Source of the DNA: Monocercomonoides exilis PA203
Lineage: Eukaryota; Protista; Preaxostyla
Length of the DNA: 64,000 nucleotides
Direction of reading: 5' to 3'
NCBI GenBank assembly: GCA_001643675.2
Contig: LSRY02000020.1
Location: forward strand, 186,001 to 250,000
In this document: positions 1 to 12,289 of the stretch, piece by piece
How the letters are laid out: every line of letters begins with the position of its first letter
Position numbering within the stretch: position 1 is the first letter of the stretch
Position numbers and translations under genes: made by a program
Notes under the pieces: generated by a model
The model's database searches: none
What the model was told of the DNA's origin: nothing
What the model saw: only the letters and a program-made list of their open reading frames with translations

Positions 1-2040
1 GAAGGTTGAGGTGAGGAGTGTGAGGGAGGCATCATCGAAGGGAGCAACGCATCCGAGAGCATACTCCACCGTGGCACATGGGCTTTGCTGTGTTTTGCCA
101 CAGGCATCGACATCAGTTCCGCCATTTGCAACGATTTTGTTTTGGTTGATGATGGGAAGCCAGCTGTTGTACTCAACATTATCTGCTTCTCCTGCATTCC
201 ACACTCTTTTTGCCGCAGTTGTTGATCCACATTGACTGAATGGAGATTGGGTGATACTGCTGCCATTGAAAAACACGTCATTCCCCCTTCCATTTGTTGC
301 AGTGTTGCCATCGAAGAAACAAAATGTGATGAGTTTTATTCCATTCATCCAAGTGAATGTGTTAGTTAGGCAAAGCCCAGCTCCTCCGCGTGTAGAAGAT
401 GCACTAGTCAATTTATTATTTATGAACTGACAATCATTGATTGAAAATTGGCTTGGTTTGTTTTCTGGAGGAGTATTGAATGCGACTGCACCAGCCGCAT
501 TTCCACCAGTATTTGCGATACACTTGCATTTGGATAACAGAAATTGAAAATTTGCATAATCATTTCCGAGACCAAAATACCAACCAGTTCCGCACCAGTC
601 TGTTATTGAACAACTTTCCACACTGTTTTCAGAGAATGTCCAAACAGAGTTTGTTTGCGGATAAGCTATGCAAGTTGCTCCTCCATGAGGAGCAGAACAA
701 TTCAAGAAATTGGATTTTTCAATGTTGATATTTAACAAATATATGCAGTATATCGCTCCACCACCGCATCCATTTAATGTAGTTGAACAATTGTGAAATG
801 AACAAGAAGCGATTTCGAGATTTGCATTTGTGCAGTTGACTTTCAGAGCACCTCCGTGATCACTTCCGCTATTTGAGTCATTCCATTCGCACCATTCAAA
901 GAGATAGCTATTCAAATCAGTAAACGACAATCCTTTTAATTCCTTTCTTTGAGATTCGGATCCGTTATATTTAATTAGATCATTTGGTGAAGATCGAGTT
1001 TGGTGGAGGAAAGAGGCATTGAAGGCAGAGAGGGAAGTGGATGGACTGTTGATTTTTGGGAGGATGACACCATCGATGGGGTTGTGGGTGTGGATGAAGA
1101 TGGTTGAGTGGACGGAGAGAGATGAGTGAAGAGAGAAAGAGGGGATTGCATTAGCGTTGATGTTTGTGGAAATGGAAGAAGAGGAAGAGATAGTTGAGAT
1201 GAAAGGATTGAGTGAGTGTGAGGAAAATAGTGAAGGTGTAAAATGCGGTAGGTGAGATGAGATGTTTGAGAAGAGGTTGTTTGAGAGATGGAGATTGAGG
1301 TGGATTTGGAGGTGGGGATGGGATTGGTGATGCATATGGAGAGGTGAAGAGGAAGAAAAAGAAGATGATGAGAATGATGATGAGGAAGATGAAGGAGAAG
1401 GGGAAATGGAAGGAGTTGGAGAAGGGGAAATGGAAGAGAGGGAAGAAGGAGAAAAAAGGAAGGGCTGGATAAGGGAGACGAAAGAGGAGAATGAGGAATG
1501 GGAGATGGAGAATGAGGCAGGGACTGGGGAATGGGCATGTGGGAGGAGATTGTTTGGGGTGGAGAAGAGGGGGAAGGAGAGGATGGCAGGTTGGTGGGTG
1601 GTGAGGGAGAAGTTTGTGAGGGAGAGGGAGGCATGAGCAGAGAGGAAAAGTGGAGATTTTGTTGCTGGGTGGATTTTGCAAACGGAGGAGAAGATGGCAG
1701 CAGCTGAGTGGTGTTGGGCAGTGAGGAGTGGACAACCGCCGAGAGGGATGATGTTGAGGTGTGTCACACACAAGGTGGTGTTGCTGATATTTAGACTTGT
1801 TCGAGCACAACTGACACGATCGCCTGATGAGAAATTAGTTGTTGATAGATAAATGCCCGGATTATTGTAGTATTTATGGCTGCTTGTTTCAATGATGATC
1901 GTGCTCTCTGGCATCTCAATATTCATTTCTTGTTGATTTTGTTTTTCAGCAATGTCTTTACCATTGTTACAATTTACAACAACAAATATCAGAACAACAA
2001 TATTGAGTGCAACTTTTGCGCTGGTGAAGAGACTCACCAT
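1..2040 (-). CDS. Partial (3' end off window) Cys-rich, Pmp/beta-helix-like surface protein; same family as the 4842 and 15700 genes
   Basis: Manual translation from ATG 2040 (in-frame ATGs also at 2106, 2142) to base 1 gives 680 codons with no stop. It has a hydrophobic N-terminus (VALNIVVLIFVVVNC), a Ser/Pro/His-rich segment, GGAL/GGAI + FxxC/FxxN repeats (DHGGALKV, CGGGAIYC, FFDGNTATNGRGNDVFF) and the GxDxxxCG...PC module (GTDVDACGKTQQSPCATV). It is absent from the ORF track because there is no stop in the window. Confidence 0.85.
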   Translation of the reverse strand, partial: MVSLFTSAKVALNIVVLIFVVVNCNNGKDIAEKQNQQEMNIEMPESTIIIETSSHKYYNNPGIYLSTTNFSSGDRVSCARTSLNISNTTLCVTHLNIIPLGGCPLLTAQHHSAAAIFSSVCKIHPATKSPLFLSAHASLSLTNFSLTTHQPAILSFPLFSTPNNLLPHAHSPVPASFSISHSSFSSFVSLIQPFLFSPSSLSSISPSPTPSISPSPSSSSSSFSSSSFSSSSPLHMHHQSHPHLQIHLNLHLSNNLFSNISSHLPHFTPSLFSSHSLNPFISTISSSSSISTNINANAIPSFSLHSSLSVHSTIFIHTHNPIDGVILPKINSPSTSLSAFNASFLHQTRSSPNDLIKYNGSESQRKELKGLSFTDLNSYLFEWCEWNDSNSGSDHGGALKVNCTNANLEIASCSFHNCSTTLNGCGGGAIYCIYLLNINIEKSNFLNCSAPHGGATCIAYPQTNSVWTFSENSVESCSITDWCGTGWYFGLGNDYANFQFLLSKCKCIANTGGNAAGAVAFNTPPENKPSQFSINDCQFINNKLTSASSTRGGAGLCLTNTFTWMNGIKLITFCFFDGNTATNGRGNDVFFNGSSITQSPFSQCGSTTAAKRVWNAGEADNVEYNSWLPIINQNKIVANGGTDVDACGKTQQSPCATVEYALGCVAPFDDASLTLLTSTF

Positions 2041-2303
2041 GGAAGAAGATAGTGAAAATAACTCAAAAATAAAAATTCCTACTCCCAATATATTTGTTTC
2101 AATCATATTCTTTTTTTGAATATTTGTTCTCAACGCAGTCATCAACAACTCATTTTATTTTATTGAAAATAAATTAAATACTGGCATATAATATGAGGAG
2201 GTTTTTTATCATAAAAATTGATCCTTGCAAAATTTTTATTGATCTTTCATTAAATTTTTGCAAAAAATTCGCTAAGAATAATTCTATTTCAAAAAATATA
2301 ATT

Positions 2304-2307
<4 letters not shown>

Positions 2308-2365
<58 letters not shown>
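2308..2365 (+). repeat. (AC)n microsatellite followed by poly(A) tract at the outer boundary of the inverted duplication
   Basis: Directly visible; identity to the right arm ends inside this A-tract. Confidence 0.95.
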
Positions 2366-2367
<2 letters not shown>

Positions 2368-2404
2368 AAAAAGAAAAATGAAAATTCTTTTCAATAAGTT
2401 CCAA

Positions 2405-4650
2405 TATCAGAATCCTCTTTGAACGAATAATTTCCCTTCTTCTTCTTCTTCAAAAAGATTCGTTTTCAGTTGAATGCTCATTTGCTCTGTTATCGCCTCT
2501 TGCATTCTCGGGTTTGTTCTGCTTGTTCTCAATCTTGCAGCATTTTCAACGAATTCGAGAAGAAGGAACAGACGAAGGCGAAGGATGAGAAGATTTGAAA
2601 GAAAAAATGTCTGTTGCAGAATCCAGACATCAACATCATCAGCATGGAATTAAGCAGCAAAATATGTCGAGGAAGAAAAGACATGTTATTGCCATTCATA
2701 AAAATTCTTGGCTGAAACATATCAATCGCAGTCAAATGCTCTCTCCCTTTCTTTTCATATTTTCCTTCTCTTCCAATCAGCAACAAAAGTGTTCATTGTC
2801 TTTTCATTTGTTTTTTGGCCAGAAAAGAAAATACGATAGATGTGAAGATGTCTTTGCCTTTTTGTCCATCATCTTCATTCTCTCTCTTCTCTGTCAATTG
2901 CAATTCATCCTTCCCTTCAATAGATCATATTTCCATTCTCAAAACACTTTCATTGAAGTGATCTTCTCAAAACAATAAGTTCTGAATTTTCTTCTTTCTC
3001 TTTTTGTCAGAAATCTTTTTGTGAAATTCAGCCAAATCTTGTTTCACCGCCTTTCACTTCCATTTCATTCATCGTGTAAAAAGTGACTGAGTGCCAATTA
3101 ATCTGAGTTGCATGCTGCCATCCCATTCGAAAAAGAAGGGGAATTAAAGTGGTGATGATGCTTGATGAGATAAAGATAGAAGCTGTGCGAATGAGTGAGT
3201 GTGCGAGTGAAGTCGAATTGGCAGATAGCAATGGCAAAACTGACTGAAGTGAATGGAGAATAGGCAACTTTTGTTGAATAATCTTCATGTCCAACTGAAA
3301 ATGTTGATTCAGACTAAATTTTTTTCATTTTCTCATTTTCCTTTTCATTCCTTTTCATTCCTTTTCATTTCATCTCTTCTTCTTCTTCTTCTTCCTGTTT
3401 TCTTCCTTTCTGAGACGATGATGAAATGAATGGAAATGAAGTGAACAGTCGCTTCACAGATGCACAAAGCAATCATGCAAGTCATCTGACAGCCATGAAA
3501 AGAAGCACTCTTCTGCAAAATATGGCAGCATTTCATGAAACCTTGTGATGGTACCTTTTCAACCTTTTTCTTCTTCTTCTTCTTCTTCCATCCTACAAAA
3601 ATATTTTTCTTTCCGCTTCTGTTCGCTTTGCCTCATCCTCCCTTTCTTCCATTTCCCCCTTTCAATCGCTTCGAAACATTCATATAAGATGGCAAGCCAT
3701 CATTCGCAATTTTGTCATCACTGTTGGTTGCTAAAACTCCCCCAAAAAGGCAAAGGCGGCTCTTCCTTTTAACAAGTCATCAACTTTCACAACTCTATTT
3801 TCTACTAACATTTTAAAAATATGAATGTGCTTCTTGCAAACATCTCAAAAATTGTCCTTCACTGCTCGAAACACACCCTCAATGCTGCTGATAAGCCAAG
3901 CAAATTCTTCGTTCCACAATGTTCACGATTGAAAGTGGCTATTGATATTAAAAAAGAGTCAGCTTTTCATGACAAGAACTTTCTTCCGTTTTTCCTCGAT
4001 CTTTCTCTTCCATTCCATCCTTTTCAACAACGAATCCAAAATACAGCTCATTTGCAATCGCTTCTTCCAAGCTTTTGTTTTTGAAAAGCTTTTCCATCAC
4101 AAGCATCCAAGAAGAATAATAATCTATTTGAGTGATGTTACAATGCACCCGATAACATCGCATTCTATCTGCCATCTCACTCAAGCAATGCTCATTTTCC
4201 ATTCTCTGATTTGGGCAACAATCACAATGAAAAAAATGAACAGCGTCAAATAAGAATCAGTGAACAAACGTAATTGTAAAAAAAAATAGTATTCCACACA
4301 TGCAATGATGTTTCGCTTTCTCATTGCCCCAATCGCTTGTCTCTTGCTCAAAACAGCATTCAGAAAGATTGAAAAAAATGCACTTTTCAATGAAAATCAG
4401 ATGGAAGAAAAGCAATTCACCCTCAAGCAAACAATTCGTGTTCAACCATATATTTTCTTTTTCCATTTTTGTGCCTTTCTTTGCCATCAATGCAAATGAA
4501 AAAAACACAAAAATGAACTTTCTTGAAGCATTCAAGAATTCGAAATGTTTTGTGGGTTCTGTGTGTCGAATGGTTCAATAAATATTATCAGAAAAAATGG
4601 CATTCTTGTATGCGAATGTGCGGATGCCATCGGCAGTGATTGCGTTCATT
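2405..4650 (-). pseudogene. Possible decayed gene remnant (mirror copy ~53730-55980, + strand)
   Basis: Only short coding-like fragments broken by stops (e.g. ...FVENAARLRTSRTNPRMQEAITEQMSIQLKTNLFEEEEEGKLF). No family recognised. Confidence 0.2.
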
Positions 4651-4841
4651 CCATTTTTTTGGCTTGTTTATCAAAACAATTAATAAAGTGTGAAAGATCA
4701 AAGAAAAGTGTGAAATGACTGTTTTTGAGGTGGCGCTTCCGGTGCATTAACGCAGCACTGCTTTCTGCTTTTTTTAGATTTTTTTTATATTTTGCACAGC
4801 ATATTTCAGAGACAGAAAGACGCAACTGGCGAGAAGTGCGA

Positions 4842-7800
4842 ATGGAATTGAAAGTTTTTGTCATTCTGCTGTGCCTGTTTGTGGCGCGCGCTGTTTGCCA
4901 GCCTTTTTTTCATTATTGCTCTGTTTAATTGCCGAGGGGCATTTGTTTCAGGAAAAACGGGAGCGGGCTGTCTCGGACGACGGGGTGGAAAACGACGCAG
5001 AATGCGGGCTCGAAAGCCACCCGGCGTGCAAAACGATTGCATATGCGGTCGGGGTGGACAAGGAAAGCACGGAGCTGCATCTGCGACTGAAAAAAAACAC
5101 AGTGCTGGAGACGGTGGCAGACGTCAGAATCGAGGGGAAGACAGTTGTGATTCAAAGCACCACCCCTTCGACACAGCTTTCGCTGGACATGAGGAAGGGG
5201 GACTGCTTTATGAGGGTTTTGTCGGAGCTTGTGGTGAACGACATGTTCATCAGCAGCGTCAGCAGCGAAGGGCCGAGGAGCTGGTTTGCGATTGAAGGGA
5301 AAACGATAAACAGCATGAGCGGGTTTGTGGGGAAGAACCTGACGATCGGGTCGCGCTCGTACGAAAAGCTGCCGAACCAGGAGATGAATGTATTTTATGT
5401 TGCGTTTGGGAAGCTGACGCTGGTTGGGTTTTCGAACAACCTGAATGGATTTTCTGAGCATTCTGTGATTGCTGTGAAGAGTGTGACGGTGTGCCGTTGT
5501 TTGCTTTTCGCAAGCGTGTGAGCATGTCCGCTACTGATTGCTTTTATTTTTATTTATTTATTTATTTATTTATTTATTGTTTCCCTCTGCCCTTGGCCTG
5601 AAGTATGCGGACATCAACATTACATCGACGACGATCCGCAACCTGAAAGAATTTAACAAAGAATCGTCTGTGATGGTTGATGTTGACAAAAACACGCCGA
5701 TTACGCTGCGTGTGAAGGACTCGACGTTTGAGAAGGTGGTGTCGGAAGAGTCGAACGGCGGGGTGTTTGGGACGACGATCGGGGGGCTGGAAAGAAGCAG
5801 CTGGCAGGGTGGGTTGTCGGGGCAGACGGTTGAGTGCAAAGTGGAGATGGAGAACTGCGTGTTCACAAACTGCTCGGGCAAGAAGTGGACGCTTGGCGGG
5901 GGCGTGCTGTACATGCACTGCAACGATGTGCTGAGCGTGGTGCCGTTTTTGCTGAAGGATGTTTGTGCGGAAAGCTGCGGGAACGGGGTGGCAGATGTGA
6001 TTTATGTGTTTTGCGAAGACTTGTCGTTTCTGTGCAAGAACCAGGTTGTGTTTACGAAGTATCCGGAAAAGGGGCCGGAGTCGACGACAAGTGGGTTTGT
6101 GTGCGGGGCGACGTATGACCAGGCAGACGAGTGGAGAAGCCTGGTGGATGTTGTGGGGATACTGGTGGGTGAAGTGCACGTGCAGGAGCAGGAGAAAGGG
6201 GACTGGCACGGGTGCGGGAGGAGCGGGGTGGAGTGCTCCACGATCGACTACGGGATCAGCCATCTGGATGGGAGCGGCGGGGGCGATGCTGTGCCGACAG
6301 TTGTGATTCACACGCGGTCGAAGATTTCGAAGGCAGTGGCTGTTGCGTCGATTCGGATCAAGGGGTTCAAGGGCACAACTTATTCGCAGTCAAATTCAGG
6401 ATCAGGATCAGAGTCAGGGTCAGATTCTTCCTCTTTTCCTTCCTCCTCTTCTTCTTCTTTTCCGTCATCGTTCTCGTTGTCTGCATGCTCACCAGCGCAT
6501 CCCAACGAGCCAGCTCAGAATGAAGATTACGATCGGTTTGTGATTTCGGACTCTGTTGACAGCGGAGAGAACAAAGGGGTTCTCTCAGTGACGAAGAGCG
6601 TCTATCTCGAGAGGCTTCTGATTGTTCTGCCGAAGCAGCTGGTGAGCCAATCAAAGCCGAAGTGTGTTGTGTATGCAACGCCATCGGCGGAGCACACATC
6701 GCTGAAGGCATGCAAATACAGTGACCCGAAGTCGTCAGAGGGGATGGCAGATTCGGTGAACGCAGCTCCTTTCTCTTCTGGCTCGAACCAAATTGTGTGC
6801 TTTGCAAGCATTTGTGGAGGCGACCTGGAAGTGGAGGACTTTGAGGTTGATGCGTGGATGGACAAAGAGGGCGGGTTCTTTGAGATTTCGCCGAGTGTGT
6901 GTGCGAGGTTTACGCGGCTGAATGCACACACAAGCGCGAATGCCTCGCACAGCCTGATATTTGTCACAGGGAAAACTGAGTTGAGCAGCAGCGCAGAATG
7001 GAAAGAGGGGAAGTGGATGGGATGCTCAGGTTCAGGGCTGTGCACCAGGACGAATCACTTTGGCGGGTTGGGGGATCGGTTTTCGGAGATGAAGGGGTCG
7101 ATGAGCATGTCGAACTGCACCATCAATACCGTTCAGTACTCCCGCGGTCCTCCGTGCTTCATTTCATTTGAGGAAGAGCTGATGCAGGACAATCCTGGGG
7201 GTTATGTGACAACAATCAGTGGGTGCAGGTTCATCAACTCGTTCTCGACATACTCAAAGATCGGAGCAGTCCTTTCGCTGGTGCTTGGGACTGAAGGGCT
7301 GTGCACAGTGAGCAGCAGCGAATTCGACAACGATTATGAGACGAATTCGATTGGGAGAGGGATCTACCTGCTGTGTGGGGGAGCTCCTGGGGATGAGAGG
7401 GATGGGGCAGGGAGGGTTGCGATGAAGGAGCAAGTTCAGTATTATTTCTCGTTCAGCGACTTGACTTTTGCGAAAACGAGCAAGCCCGTGAAGCACGTGA
7501 TTCACATCTGCTGTGCAGACCTGAGCACGAACATTGTTCCCCTGCGGTTTCGGTTTGACCGAGAGACGCCTGGGTCGATGTTTGGGGCGTATTCGATCTC
7601 GGGGAGTGCGGACCGAAAGGCGGGGGAGGAGGACTTTGAGGACTTGTTCACGAAGTACCTGAACACGACGATGCGGACGACGGTGTATGTGGGGGAAGAC
7701 GGGGCAGACGGGTCGGGGTGCGGGAACGAGCGGAGCCCTTGCAAGACGTTTGGGTTTGGGCTGGGGTCGCTTCTGCCGAGCGAGAGGTCGGTGCTTTATG

Positions 7801-10108
7801 TTGTGACGAAGGCGTGTGTGGATCGGGAGCTGGATGCGAGCGGGGTGAAGATGAGCGTGAAGGAGGAGAAAGAGGCGCGTGTGGTGGTGAAGGAGGCGGT
7901 TGCTGGAAGGCAGGAAGGGCTGATCGCAGCAGACGGCACGCTTGGGATTGAGCACATCGGGTTTTTGGTTGAAAGCGCGAAGACAGAGTCGCACTCGGCG
8001 CTGATTGTGAGCAGGTGCACAGAAGTGAGGATCAGGAGTGTGTCGCTGGAGCCGTCGAGCAACGCTTTGGCGGGGCAGAATGGGGAAGGGGTGTGCTATG
8101 GAGCATTCTTGGTGTGTCTGAACGGGAAGGCCACGCTGGAGGATGTGAAGATCACAGGGATGGTGTTCAGCAAAGTGGAGAGCATGAAGAAGCCGGTGGG
8201 GATTGTCTCGCCGTTCACGTTTGAAGGATGCAGCAGCGTCGAAGCGAGCAAGGTTGTTGTGGAGGGTTGCAGGAATTGCGAGGACTCGCCGCTTTTCAGT
8301 GTGGGGAGCAGTGTTCGGGCAGCGAAGCTGTCGTCGCTGATGGTGAGGAAGATAGCAAAGGTGGAAGGCAGCAAGCCGTGTCTGCTGCAGTTTGCAGCCC
8401 CAGAGCACAAGGAAGGAGAGGAATATGCGCAACTTGAAGTTTCTGATTCGACGATGAAAGACTGCTTTGACGATAATTTTGCTGGCTATTACATTCAGCT
8501 GGAGAATGTGAATGCCACACTGAAGAACGTTGCGATCCGAGGAGCAGATAAAGAAATGGAACTGGGCAAGCGCAGCACGGAAGAACACTTTGCGAGCTCT
8601 TCTTTCCAGCGCCAATCGTCTTCACATCACATTGGCAGAGATAGCAGCGCATTGGATGAAGAGCAAGAATCAGGCGAGCAGGCCAGATCGGGTGTGCGAG
8701 ACGGGTTTGGCGAGGCAGGGGATTCAGGGGTGTGCAGGTGGAGCCATTCGATGGTCTCTCTCAGGGAATGTGTGGCAGAGCTGGACAAGGTGGAGCTGTC
8801 GTTCTCTCGTTTTGGGGGCTTTCGCAGTGTGGAGGGGATGTGACGATCTCGGAGGGAACGTTCTATGAGAATGATCCTGTGGCTGGGGTGTTTGGGAAGG
8901 CGAGGCACAACATTGTGTGCGGGAGCAAGGGGAGGATACGGATAGAGTCGCTGAAGAAAGGGGATGGGAGCAGCAAGGAAGCGCCATCACTGTTCTTGCT
9001 GAACGAGGGGTGCTCGGTGGAAGGGGAATGGGGAAAGGGAGCGAAGACGACGATGTTTGTGGCAGAGCTGGCAGAGGCGAACCTGAGCCGGGTGAAGGGA
9101 GACGAGGGGAGGTGCGTGATTGTGTTTGGCGGGGCGAATCTGATGGACTGCATGACGTCGTTCTCGATTGTGCGGGGGAAGCGGGGCGGGGAGAGGGAGA
9201 CAGTTGGCGGGCTGCATTTCACATTGCACCGGAGCAGCGAAGTGGCAGAGGCGTTGGTTTCGGTGGGGGAGGTGGCGAAGGGGGAGGAGGACGAGTGGGT
9301 GGGGTGCAGTGTGCAGTACTGGGGGGTGGTGGGAGAGGTGGGGGAGGGAGACAAGCTTTCGACAGAGTTGAGGCGTTTCCCCGAGGTGCCACCGCCTGTG
9401 CCTGAGGACGATCCAGAAGCGCCCAAAGGGCGGAAAAAGGGGGGAGCTGGGGTGGCGCTGGGGATTGCGATACCGCTGGTGTGTGTGGGGGTTGTTGGGG
9501 TGGTGCTGGTGGTTTTGATGCGGCAGAGGCAGAGGAAGAAGCTGGCGGGGCTGGGGACAGAGGCGAAGACAGAGGAAGGCGGGGTGCGGGTGTGGGGGAT
9601 CAACAACGGGAGCAAGGGTGGCGGAGGCGGGGCAGAAAGGGAGATGAAAACATCGAAGTTTGTGGAAAACACGAAGGACGGGGAAGGAGAGTGGCTGGAG
9701 CAGCGGCTGCTGGGGTCGGGGCAGAAGATGGACTATCACTCGACAGACAACATCTCATATGCGCTGGAGAGCAGTCAGTATCAGTCGAAGGGCTCAACAG
9801 CGCCTGACTATTGGGCTCGCTCGCTCGGCAAGAGCGAGGAGGGGCATTCAACAGGGCAGTCGACAGGGCAGTCGTCGTGGCTGCCGGGGCAGCATTCCTG
9901 GCAGAGTGGAGACAGCAGCCAGACGCAGAAGTCATCGAAGTTTCCACTTTTGCCGCCGAAAGAGATTGGGCAGGGAAGGATGTTTGGAGGAGGCGGCGGG
10001 GCGAGGCAGAGGGTTTTTGAAGCGCCTGACCGTGTGGATGTGCTGCCGCCGTTCCCTTCGGTCCCAAAGGACTTTGTCGAGGTGCACGATGAGTATTTTT
10101 CTGTTTGA
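4842..10108 (+). CDS. ~1700-aa type-I membrane protein with Cys-rich beta-helix-like ectodomain and no kinase domain (copy 1)
   Basis: Exons 4842-4892, 4937-5488, 5604-10108 (frame-consistent GT-AG introns 4893-4936, 5489-5603). Signal peptide MELKVFVILLCLFVARA, three CG...C modules, TM segment VALGIAIPLVCVGVVGVVLVVLM followed by RQRQRKK. A 1-nt frameshift in a G-run at ~8815 is absent from copy 2. Confidence 0.85.
5550..5578 (+). repeat. (TTTA)n intronic microsatellite (mirror at ~52805-52833)
   Basis: Directly visible inside predicted intron 5489-5603. Confidence 0.9.
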
Positions 10109-10515
10109 GGATGCAAGAGCGAGCAGTCTTTTTTATTTTATTTATTTCATTAATTATTTTGATGTGAGATGTATAGAGGATGTTTTGGGGGAGGGAAATT
10201 AGGATTGTTCTCTCTCCCTGTAATTTTATTGCTATTACAATAGACATTGTTGATGTTATGATTTATTTTATTATTTTTTATAAAATTGTCTTTTTTTTTT
10301 TTTTTTTTTTTTAATTTTCATTCTTGTATTCAAATTTGAAAGAGGTTCGGTTTCTGTTTTGCTTCCAAAGCTGATTTCCATGGAAATAGAATAAAACAAA
10401 ACAAAAATGCAGCATCTTTTGTTGGGTGCAGTTTTGTGGTGTTTGGCCCTGTTTTCAACCAGCCCCAACCACAATAAAAACTTCAGAAAGAAAAAAAGAA
10501 TATTGAAACGAGCGC

Positions 10516-11633
10516 ATGTCGATTGTGAAGCCGGCAGAGATTCTGAAGCGTGCATTCCCGGAGGGCCGGGCGAAGGTGGATTTTGAGTACTCGGTCGAGG
10601 AGGAGTTTACGCCGTCGCTGGTGTCTGGTGTGAAAGGCTTTTGCAAACCGTTTTGCTTTCACTGTTCCTTTGGTGCATGTGGTCTGGGTTGATTTCTGCA
10701 CGTTTTTTTGTGGTGCCATTTCTGTGGGGGATGCCGTGCTGCGGGCAGTCGGGTGGGCGGAGCGAAAGGGAGAGGTGCGTGTGGAGCTTGTTCCGCAAGA
10801 GATGGGGCCGGGCTGGACGATTTCGCGTGCAGAGTTTGCAGCCGACTACATTGAGCGGCACCGGGCAGAGGATGTTTGTGCATTTCATATTTTATTTTAT
10901 CTTTTTCTTTCTGTTGTGTGGATTGGGATGCTGGCCGCAGGGGGGAGAAGGAGGGCGGACGCGGTACATCGGAGGGCACCTGTTCTACGGGTGCAAGCAC
11001 TATCTGCGGGAGTGCAAGGTGCTGTGCGGGGAGTGCGGGCGGTTCTTCAGCTGCCGGGTGTGCCACGACAAGGTGGCAGACCATGTGCTGGACCGGCGGG
11101 GCGTGGCGAAGGTGTGGTGCTGCCGGTGCAAGGAGGTGGGGCGGGTGGGGCGGACGTGCGAGTTCTGCGAAAATGTGTTTGCGCGGTACTACTGCGAGGA
11201 GTGCCATCTGTTTGAGGGGACGCCGCTGGCGGAGTGCTTTCATTGTGCAGAGTGTTTGCGAGCTGTTTTCATTTTGTGCCTCATTTGCACTGAATTTTCC
11301 CCACTGAAATGTTATATATATATATTTGTGTGTTGGAACTGGGGCGCAGGCGGGATATGCAGGCGGGGGCGGGCAGAGGAGGCGGTGCACTGCAGAGGGT
11401 GCGGGTGCTGTGTGGAGCGGGGGCTGGAGGGGAGGCACAAGTGCCACGCAGAGGCGCTGCGGGAGAACTGCCCGGTGTGCTTCGAGGGGCTGTTTGAGAC
11501 GCGGAAGCTGATCTTCCGGAGCCCGTGCGGGCACTGCTTCCACACGAAGTGCATCGAGGCGCTGGTGGCCGGGAAGTTCTACGACTGCCCGCTCTGCCAC
11601 AAGCCGTTCTTCGGGGCGTTTCCTGCGCCTTGA
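10516..11633 (+). CDS. RCHY1: CHY zinc finger / RING-H2 E3 ubiquitin ligase, RCHY1/Pirh2-like, ~277 aa (copy 1)
   Basis: Exons 10516-10627, 10749-10873, 10941-11253, 11350-11633. CHY motif GCKHYLRECKVLCGECGRFFSCRVCHD; splicing restores CAECGICR; RING-H2 CPVC...CGHCFHTKC...CPLC. Confidence 0.88.
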
Positions 11634-12289
11634 AGGCAGCGAGGCGCCTCAGCCAAGGAATGTCTGCACGCGCCCTTCGCTGTTCTCTTTTGCCTTCTTT
11701 TATTTTTCATTTTAAAAAAAATGAAAAAGCAATTGTGCTGCTTTGGCGGATGCTGCCAGAAGCAGATTTGCCCCAGCTGCTTCCATTGGCTCTTGTGCTT
11801 TTGAATACAGTTTTTTATTTTTTTTTTTTTCATCTTTTTTTCGTCTTTTTTGTTTTTGGGGAAAGGCCAGATACACAAGTCAAATTGTTATTTTTGATGC
11901 CACAGCTCGATGAGCAGACACACCAACCAAAAACTGCTCTCAAAAAAAGCAAAAGCAAAAAGCAAAACAGACAAAAAGACAGACTGAAAAAAAACGCAAA
12001 ATGCCAGTCACAAAAAAAGAAGCAATAAAAGCAAACGAGTTGGAATCCCGACTTCAAAAAAACGAACAAAGCCAATGTGAAGAAAAATCAAACAGGATAA
12101 AACATTACAAAGCTTAATACCAATTCCATCAATCCAAACAGAAAAGAAACTTCCCCATTAACACACAATGAAGAAAAAAAAAGGAGAAGGAGAATGAAGA
12201 GGCAAATCAGTGCCAGCAGTGCGGAAATACAGCAGAGATTGGGGTCGAGAGAGAGGAGGAAGAAGAAGGGGGAAAAAGAAGAGAAGTGG

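Noticed and set aside
975-1810. Two 219-aa Pro/Ser/Leu-rich minus-strand ORFs
   Set aside because: Off-frame readings of the real 1-2040 gene.
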